From the IMG/VR virus record IMGVR_UViG_3300028786_000006, positions 64,001 to 128,000 of that record: DNA of 64,000 nucleotides; one strand, written 5' to 3'. The translations under genes and the position numbers were made by a program. Source of the stretch: a virus. Below, piece after piece: positions 57,874 to 64,000 of this stretch. The first letter of the stretch is position 1, and each line of letters begins with the position of its first letter. The notes beneath the pieces were generated by a model. The model was given only the letters and a program-made list of their open reading frames with translations, made no database searches and was not told the DNA's origin.

Positions 57874-58486
57874 CATCGTAGCTCTCGTGGCGCGCAAGCG
57901 CTGCGGGAAGGACACCCTGGCCGATGTACTGGGCCACGAGTACGGGGCTCACAAGCTGAGCTTCAGCGACGGGGTACGGGCCATCACCAGCGACCTGTTC
58001 CCCTGGGTCCCTTCTGAGGTTCCCGACTCCATCAAGGACAACGTGGTAGACCACCCGGCAAACGTCCGGGGTCTGACCTACCGCGAAGTCTGGCGCACTG
58101 TAGACCACCTGCGAGCCAACGTCGACCCCCACCTGTTCATCAACTGGTTCCGTGACAACCAGCTGGATATGGCCGTCAAGAACCCAACCCTGTGCTTCGT
58201 TATTGCGCGGGTCAGTACTGCGGAAGAGTTCGCTCTCCTCAAGGCCCTGGGTATCAAGACCGTCCGCATCATCCGCAAGGACATGACGGGGGTCGACCTT
58301 GACCCGTTTGAAGACTATCTCAGCCAGGCTGAGGTTGATCATGAATATCTGTTCGACATTAATGACGGCACCGCGCCGTTTCTTGACTTTTTTCGCGAGG
58401 AAGTGCTTTGGAAATCCAATCAAGTGTGGCAACAACGGTCAGCCCTGACGTCGTCCTTGGGTATATGCGACGGTCGGACTACCTGA
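57845..58486 (+). CDS. Deoxynucleoside monophosphate kinase (gp1-like)
   Basis: ARKRCGKDT, SFSD and TYREV motifs. Confidence 0.8.
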   Translation: MTAASPLCSNIVALVARKRCGKDTLADVLGHEYGAHKLSFSDGVRAITSDLFPWVPSEVPDSIKDNVVDHPANVRGLTYREVWRTVDHLRANVDPHLFINWFRDNQLDMAVKNPTLCFVIARVSTAEEFALLKALGIKTVRIIRKDMTGVDLDPFEDYLSQAEVDHEYLFDINDGTAPFLDFFREEVLWKSNQVWQQRSALTSSLGICDGRTT

Positions 58487-59034
58487 ACACCCGCTACACC
58501 GGGCCGGACTGGATCGATATCGGCTGGGACAAGTTCACGGCCGCCGCCGAGACCGAATTCGTTGAGTTTCTCTCCGAAATGACCGGTGAATGGAAGTGGT
58601 ACAGCAACAACCCACGCATTCAGCGGAACAAGGCGCTGTTCGAGCTGGTTGACTGGTTCCTGTTCACCGCTTCAGCGATCCACTGCGCAAACCGCTATAT
58701 CGGCCTCGACGGCGTTGAGGATGCCCTGGTCAGCTACCAGGCGTTCGGTACTGACCCGTCTTGGTGGCCACCGAAGGACATCGGCGTCGGTAAGGTGATG
58801 GTTTGGAAGTCTGAACTGGTCGTACTGTCGGAATACGCCTCGATCTCGGTCAGCATCCAAAAGCTGGCTGTTACCCTCGACATCATGCTGGGTTACATCG
58901 GTGCCACCCCGGCCGACTTTGACCAGGCGTACGAGGAGAAATATGCGATGTGCTTGAAGCGGGTTGAGGCCGGCATCATGCGCGGCGTACCGTACGACAA
59001 GACCAAAGAAGTGTACTCGGAGATCTTGGTATGA
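58408..59034 (+). CDS. Dimeric all-alpha dUTPase/dTTPase-like protein
   Basis: EFVE...WKWY...ELVDW..F...Y.EK...R motifs; start uncertain. Confidence 0.75.
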   Translation: MEIQSSVATTVSPDVVLGYMRRSDYLNTRYTGPDWIDIGWDKFTAAAETEFVEFLSEMTGEWKWYSNNPRIQRNKALFELVDWFLFTASAIHCANRYIGLDGVEDALVSYQAFGTDPSWWPPKDIGVGKVMVWKSELVVLSEYASISVSIQKLAVTLDIMLGYIGATPADFDQAYEEKYAMCLKRVEAGIMRGVPYDKTKEVYSEILV

Positions 59035-59945
59035 CCTTTACCGTGAAAGAAGGCGTGAGCATCGCCACGCTCACTTCGAACACCACCCACCGGGCTGCTG
59101 TCAATATCAACCCGATGGACCCCCAGGGCGGCCTGGGTATGGAGTTCTTCCTGACCGGTCACCTGGCCCACCGCTTCCCGTTTGCTGAGCTCATTGAATG
59201 TGCGAAGGACGTGCGCGCTGAAATCGTAGCCGAGGGTGAAAAGCTGAAGGCTTGGGTTGCCGGCCTGACCAAGATGGGACGTAAAGACGACCCTCAACTG
59301 GTGCCTTCTGTACTGACCTCGATCCGAGAGGCAAACAGCGAAGCCTTCAAGCAGATCAACCGGCGCGTCGTCCGTATGGACAGCATGATCAAGGTGGTCA
59401 CTGCCGCATGCAGCCACGGATGCCTGTTCCCACTGGACAACCCGGCCAGCGCCCGCGACCTCCTGACTTGTCCGTGCTGTAAGGCTCAGGTTTTGTCTGG
59501 CGAGGTTGTTCGCCTGAACTCCATGACCACCGCCAAGCAACTCAAAGAAGCCTGGGTGAACATGGTTCAGTCGCCAGCCAACGAAAGCCGGGCCATTATG
59601 GACCGGTTGAACTCTCTTACACAGATGTTCCCTGGTAACGGTTGGAGCGAATACGACGGGATCGACCCAGCACTCACCCCAGCCCTTCGGGTGGTGGTAG
59701 ATGAGTCCAAGGCCCGCCTGGAAGCCCAGCTGAAGAAAGCCCGTGAGGTCAACGAGGCCTTCTACGTCGACAGCGACTCGTTCCTGGGGATGGTCTTCCT
59801 GTCCCAAACGCTCCACATGACCAACATCACCGGCGGTAATGGGTTGGACAACTTGCGGGCCATGGTCGGGGCGTACGCTGACCAATCTTCCAACCTGCGC
59901 AAGTGGGCTCGCCAACAAACGGTTGCATGCCAGTTCGGGGGTTGA
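59031..59945 (+). CDS. Hypothetical protein (Cys motifs)
   Basis: Coupled ORF; C..GC and CPCC. Confidence 0.65.
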   Translation: MTFTVKEGVSIATLTSNTTHRAAVNINPMDPQGGLGMEFFLTGHLAHRFPFAELIECAKDVRAEIVAEGEKLKAWVAGLTKMGRKDDPQLVPSVLTSIREANSEAFKQINRRVVRMDSMIKVVTAACSHGCLFPLDNPASARDLLTCPCCKAQVLSGEVVRLNSMTTAKQLKEAWVNMVQSPANESRAIMDRLNSLTQMFPGNGWSEYDGIDPALTPALRVVVDESKARLEAQLKKAREVNEAFYVDSDSFLGMVFLSQTLHMTNITGGNGLDNLRAMVGAYADQSSNLRKWARQQTVACQFGG

Positions 59946-59946
59946 T

Positions 59947-60507
59947 ATGCCCAATGAAGTCCTGTTACAGTTCCGATGCGAAACCCAGGCGGCCTTCGAC
60001 GAAGTAGTCGCCAACATCAGCGAAGCGCGGGCCGGTAATCTGCGGGTCAACGTCACCTTCGAACAACAGGAAGGCGACCGCTGCGAGGTGTATGTTCCAG
60101 TGCTCGCCGAGCCGTTCCTGGCTGAACAACTTGTGACGCTCGAAAACCACGCTTTGAGTGCCGAAGGTGTTGTGCCAGAGCTTGTTCGGGCTATACTTGC
60201 CGCTCCTCCCGAAAACCCGATACTCATCGGGGAATACGTGGATTTCCTTGAGCGCAAGATAGACCACTTGATGGTCAGGTCTCTCAATCAACACACAGAG
60301 ATTCAGGACGCGCTCAACTCCACCGCTCTGTCCCTCGCCGAAATGCAAGAAGCCAACAAGCGATGCGAGGGCCTGTATGCCCACCTTGAACAACTCGGGG
60401 TCATTTGCCACTTCGATATGATCTCCAAGCTGGGCGAAGCCATGCGCCTTCACTCCGGGGAAAACCCCCTTGAAGGCTACGAAGGCCTGAATTTCAAACT
60501 CCACTGA
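59947..60507 (+). CDS. Hypothetical protein
   Basis: Tiles the region before uvsX. Confidence 0.6.
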   Translation: MPNEVLLQFRCETQAAFDEVVANISEARAGNLRVNVTFEQQEGDRCEVYVPVLAEPFLAEQLVTLENHALSAEGVVPELVRAILAAPPENPILIGEYVDFLERKIDHLMVRSLNQHTEIQDALNSTALSLAEMQEANKRCEGLYAHLEQLGVICHFDMISKLGEAMRLHSGENPLEGYEGLNFKLH

Positions 60508-60527
60508 TACAGCACCAGGAATCCTGA

Positions 60528-61637
60528 ATGTCTGACCTGATGAAACGAATGCTGGCCGTCACCAAAAAGGACGGCCGCGTCACCACCCTGGATGAGTCGC
60601 AGTATGCTGACAAATCCGTCGTGGCGTCAACCGATGTACCGATGTTGAACGTCGCCATGAGCTCCAAGGTTGACGGCGGTCTGATCCCCGGCCTCACTAT
60701 GGTGGTAGGTGAAAGCCGTACCTTCAAAAGTAACTTCTGCGTCAAGGCCATGGCGGCCTACCTGCGCAAGTTCCAGGACGCGATCGCCATCTTCGCTGAC
60801 TGTGAGTTCGGCGCCGCCAAGAAGCTGTTCACCAAGTACGGCATCGATCCGAAGCGCGTCATCCACATGCCTTTCGAGGACGTGGAAGAGATGAAGATCA
60901 AGCTGACCAAATCGATCAATGCGATCGAAGAAGGCGACCACGTCTTCATTATGGTCGACTCGGTCAGCCAGGTGGCATCCCGCAAGGAGTCGGAAGACGC
61001 CGAGAACGAGAAAGTCACCCAGGACATGACCCGCGCCCGCGCCCTGAACAGTTTCTGGCGTATCATTACGCCGAAGCTGACCCTGCGCGGCATCCCGATG
61101 TTCGCGATCAACAGCTTCTACGAGGACATCGGCAACAAGTACGCCGACCCGATCATCAAGGGCGGTAAGCAGGGCTTCCTGAGCTGCGACCAGGTGTGGT
61201 TCATTAGCCGTCGCCAGATCAAGGACGAAGCGAGCAAGGCCCTCCAGGGCTGGGACTTCGTGATCAACATCATGAAAGGCCGGTTTGTCAAGGAAAAGGC
61301 CAAGATCGTTATCACCGTGCTGTTCGACGGCGGTATCTCGCGCTGCTCCGGTCTGCTGGAAATCGCCCGCCTGGGTGGGTTCGTTGAGATGTACGCTGGG
61401 TCGCGCTACCGCCGCACGGCGTTGTGTGGGTTCAAGTCGGACCCTGGCCTCTTCAAGAAAGAGATCGCCGACAACTGGGAGTGGTGGGAGCCTGTGGTTG
61501 AGAACCCGGCGTTTGCTGCGTACGTTGAGCGCTTCTATGGCATCAACGAAAGCATGGTGATGCTGGACGAGATCGATTTCGACGAAGAAACCGGCCTGGT
61601 CAAGTCTGTCGCTGGTGTTGCTACGGCAGCTGAGTAA
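60528..61637 (+). CDS. uvsX: UvsX RecA-like recombinase
   Basis: LNVAMS..DGGL, GESRTFKS, DCEFG, DS, DMTRA and VKEK motifs. Confidence 0.93.
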   Translation: MSDLMKRMLAVTKKDGRVTTLDESQYADKSVVASTDVPMLNVAMSSKVDGGLIPGLTMVVGESRTFKSNFCVKAMAAYLRKFQDAIAIFADCEFGAAKKLFTKYGIDPKRVIHMPFEDVEEMKIKLTKSINAIEEGDHVFIMVDSVSQVASRKESEDAENEKVTQDMTRARALNSFWRIITPKLTLRGIPMFAINSFYEDIGNKYADPIIKGGKQGFLSCDQVWFISRRQIKDEASKALQGWDFVINIMKGRFVKEKAKIVITVLFDGGISRCSGLLEIARLGGFVEMYAGSRYRRTALCGFKSDPGLFKKEIADNWEWWEPVVENPAFAAYVERFYGINESMVMLDEIDFDEETGLVKSVAGVATAAE

Positions 61638-61683
61638 CACGAACCGGGGGTTGGTTGCCGGCCCCCGGCCTCTGGAGTAGCGT

Positions 61684-62004
61684 ATGTCCTCGCCTCAAGC
61701 CCTCCACAAGTTCTTCGTTGACCCAGACGAAGTTGATTGTCCGACGTTGGTTGTCACGCGTGGCCCGCTTGCCGGGCGAACGATCAAGGTGACCAACATC
61801 GACGGAGCCCAGGAAGCTGCTGGGCAACACATCGAATTAACGTTCTACTACGATCTGCTCAGCAATGACAGCTCGGAGAGCATCCGTGAGTTCAGGAAAG
61901 GTGATACCCCGACCCTTGACGACACCCATAAGGCTGTCAACGAGGTCATCGTGGCTTACATCCTGAGCATCACCGGGGACGACGATGGCGATCCGCCATC
62001 TTAG
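61684..62004 (+). CDS. Hypothetical protein at the gp40 position
   Basis: Small acidic ORF between uvsX and gp41. Confidence 0.55.
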   Translation: MSSPQALHKFFVDPDEVDCPTLVVTRGPLAGRTIKVTNIDGAQEAAGQHIELTFYYDLLSNDSSESIREFRKGDTPTLDDTHKAVNEVIVAYILSITGDDDGDPPS

Positions 62005-62035
62005 GTAGTACCCCGACCCCCTGTTGGAGAATTGA

Positions 62036-63484
62036 GTGTTTATCGAGAAGACCTGCATTTCAAGTCTGCTGTTTGACAAAGATTACAGCCGGAAGGTTCT
62101 ACCCTACCTGAAGGACGAATACTTCTCGGATGAATCCAACCGGGTGCTCTTTGGGCACATTCGTTCATTTAACGCCCGGTACAACTGCGCCCCCACGAAG
62201 GAGGCTCTCGTCCTGCTCCTGGAGGATTCAACCCTCAACGAGAAGCTATATGAGGGGTGCATTGAGACGGTCGCCGAGGTAGAGGCAAGCGCCACCCCCA
62301 CGGAATTTATGGTGGATAGCACCGAGAAGTGGGTGAAAGACCGGGCCGTGTTCTTGGCCCTGACGGAATGTGTGCAGATCGCCGAGGGTATGTCAAAGGG
62401 CATGACCAAGGAGTGTATCCCTGATATCCTCCAGCAAGCGCTCGCGGTTCACTTTGACACCTACCTCGGCCACGATTACTTCGAACATGCGTCCCAGCAC
62501 TATGACGCAATGCACGAGGACGTGATCAAGTTCAAGTTTGCCCAGGACATCCTCAACAAAGCAACCCGTGGGGGTATCCCCAACAAGACTCTGAACATCG
62601 TCCAGGCCGGCATCAACGTCGGCAAGACGACCTTCATGATCGACCAAGCGGCGCATTGGGTTAGCCAGGGCAAGAACGTGATCTACTTCTCGGCCGAGGT
62701 TGCTGAGAACGTTATCCGCCACCGGGCGGACGTAAACTTCTTCGACATCTCGTTCGACGAGCTTGAAAAGCTGGACAAGCAGACGTACCTGAACCGGGTC
62801 ACGTCGCTCAAGCAGAAGACGAGCGGTAAGCTGATTATCAAGGAGTATCCATCGGGTTCGGCCAGCGCGGCGAACTTCATGCACGACATCCAAGAAATCA
62901 AGATGAAGACGGGTATTGAGTTTGACATGGTTTGCGTCGACTACCTCGGCGAGATCATTTCTAGTACCCTACCCATGTCCGCGATGAGCAACACCAACAC
63001 GTACTACACACAGATTGCGCGTGAGCTACGGGCCATGGCCTTCCGCTTAGACTTGCCTGTGTGGACCGCAGCACAGTTTGGTCGGTTGGGCCAGGCCAGC
63101 AAAGACGTTGACATGACGGACATCGCCGATGCAATCGGTATTGCCCGCGTGGCCGACTTCATGATCGCTCTGTTACAACCAGACGAGCTTGCTGAGCTGA
63201 ACCAGGTGATCGGGAAGATCCTCAAGAACCGGTATGCCAACAAGGCCAAGCTGCGTCGCTTCCTTATGGGGGTTGACAACGACCGCCAGAAGTTCTACGA
63301 TGTTGACCAAGCGAACGTCAAGGAAGAGTTCAAGAAGCTGCCACCTGAAGCCCAGGCCGTACTGGAAGGACTTGAGGTCGGGTTGAAGACCCAGGCTGAC
63401 GATGATGCTGAATTACCGCGCCTGACCCCTGTGGGTAACCGCTCCGGTAAGCCAGCTCGCACCTTTGAAGGGTTCAAGGTATAG
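62036..63484 (+). CDS. 41: Replicative helicase gp41
   Basis: RKVLPYLKDEYF, AGINVGKT, IIKEYP, VDY, WTAAQ and KNRY motifs. Confidence 0.95.
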   Translation: MFIEKTCISSLLFDKDYSRKVLPYLKDEYFSDESNRVLFGHIRSFNARYNCAPTKEALVLLLEDSTLNEKLYEGCIETVAEVEASATPTEFMVDSTEKWVKDRAVFLALTECVQIAEGMSKGMTKECIPDILQQALAVHFDTYLGHDYFEHASQHYDAMHEDVIKFKFAQDILNKATRGGIPNKTLNIVQAGINVGKTTFMIDQAAHWVSQGKNVIYFSAEVAENVIRHRADVNFFDISFDELEKLDKQTYLNRVTSLKQKTSGKLIIKEYPSGSASAANFMHDIQEIKMKTGIEFDMVCVDYLGEIISSTLPMSAMSNTNTYYTQIARELRAMAFRLDLPVWTAAQFGRLGQASKDVDMTDIADAIGIARVADFMIALLQPDELAELNQVIGKILKNRYANKAKLRRFLMGVDNDRQKFYDVDQANVKEEFKKLPPEAQAVLEGLEVGLKTQADDDAELPRLTPVGNRSGKPARTFEGFKV

Positions 63485-63510
63485 TTTGAACTCTTTGAAC
63501 AATCTAATGG

Positions 63511-63538
63511 TTGCCTGGTACGACGAAAGCTGTATAAT
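63511..63538 (+). promoter_or_regulatory. Sigma70-type promoter for the ncRNA/downstream gene
   Basis: TTGCCT-N16-TATAAT. Confidence 0.8.
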
Positions 63539-63544
63539 GGCAAC

Positions 63545-63920
63545 CAGGACGACAAGCCGAACCGGGTTTACCGGGTTGACTCGAGTCCTTGTTAGGGGTT
63601 AGACAAGAGGGGCCATTGATACACTACCCCTTGAGTCGCAGGAAACGTGATTGTTTGGGCCGGTTCCTGTAGGGTGATGTACCTCGGCCAACGCTAGGTG
63701 CTATCAACACCCCGAGAACACCAGTAGACCCTGGGATACCCCGCCCTGGACTACACCACTTCGTTGGTGTTGCTGGTACACATTAGACGGTCGGAGACCC
63801 AACCCCGGTCGTTTTAGTCCCCTGGTTACCCCAGGGGGTTTTTGAAAGGGTCAACAGGATTACACCCTGGACCGCTTGGTTCGGCTGCAGTAGCCTGATG
63901 ACCCTTTCAAAACACCCCTC
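63545..63920 (+). ncRNA. Candidate large structured non-coding RNA or leader
   Basis: About 400-nt gap with no sense ORF of 60 aa or more in a gene-dense genome; many nested helices plus a 5'-to-3'-loop pseudoknot. Confidence 0.65.
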
Positions 63921-63943
63921 ATTAACGCAACAGGAGCATTGAC

Positions 63944-64000
63944 TTGAGCAACGTTGAAATCGCGATCCCAAGTGGTACGGCCGATCGTTTGAAGTTGAAG
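63944..64000 (+). CDS. Start of a DsbA-like dsDNA-binding protein (3' truncated)
   Basis: AGGAG RBS, TTG start; MSNVEIAIPSGTADRLKLK resembles the N-termini of T4-superfamily DsbA homologues. Confidence 0.45.
   Translation, partial: MSNVEIAIPSGTADRLKLK

Noticed and set aside
40218-61640. Long antisense ORFs opposite gp44, the PLP enzyme, 59-60 kb and uvsX
   Set aside because: Same codon-bias artefact; no recognisable protein features
63545-63920. tmRNA, RNase P, group I intron, cobalamin riboswitch or retron identity for the terminal RNA
   Set aside because: No tRNA-like ends, no GAGGAAAGUCC, only a GGACUA/UAGUCC pairing without the other group I elements, no B12 box, and no reverse transcriptase in the window; left unclassified
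63783-63971. 62-aa minus-strand ORF
   Set aside because: No RBS, atypical composition, and it overlaps the structured RNA and a better + strand start
1-64000. tRNA genes, CRISPR arrays, introns or inteins in gp17, gp41, gp52 or uvsX
   Set aside because: No cloverleaf or T-loop signatures and no regularly spaced repeats were seen; these genes are uninterrupted and of normal length

Overview
The window is part of a large, GC-rich T4-superfamily myovirus genome. It is Tevenvirinae/Ackermannviridae-like in gene content, and the tail-fibre domains resemble those of Pseudomonas phages, so the host is inferred rather than shown. 1-18 kb (+): head genes (gp68, gp21, gp22, gp23), an HNH homing endonuclease, neck/terminase/sheath/tube genes (gp13-19) and a 1606-aa VrlC/DUF4815 virion protein. 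18-26.3 kb (-): baseplate wedge and a multi-protein tail-fibre module. 26.3-64 kb (+): lysis membrane proteins, early accessory genes, a DinG-like helicase, topoisomerase gp52, clamp/clamp loader, RegA, primase, UvsX and gp41. This part also holds a two-locus thymidine-hypermodification pathway: dUMP hydroxymethylase, two hmdU-DNA kinases, two aGPT-Pplase/amino acid:DNA transferases, a PLP enzyme and nucleotide-pool enzymes. The least explained signals are: (i) a promoter-driven, ~370-nt, pseudoknotted non-coding RNA candidate at 63.55-63.92 kb; (ii) a kissing-loop RNA 3' of the tail tube gene; (iii) a hydrophobic out-of-frame ORF embedded in the VrlC gene, where codon usage shifts abruptly; (iv) sliding-clamp-binding-like C-terminal tails on the DNA hypermodification enzymes; (v) tandem paralogous MotA-like early proteins with a recurring promoter motif. 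No tRNA, rRNA or CRISPR array was seen. All assignments come from motif recognition and synteny by eye; no searches were run.
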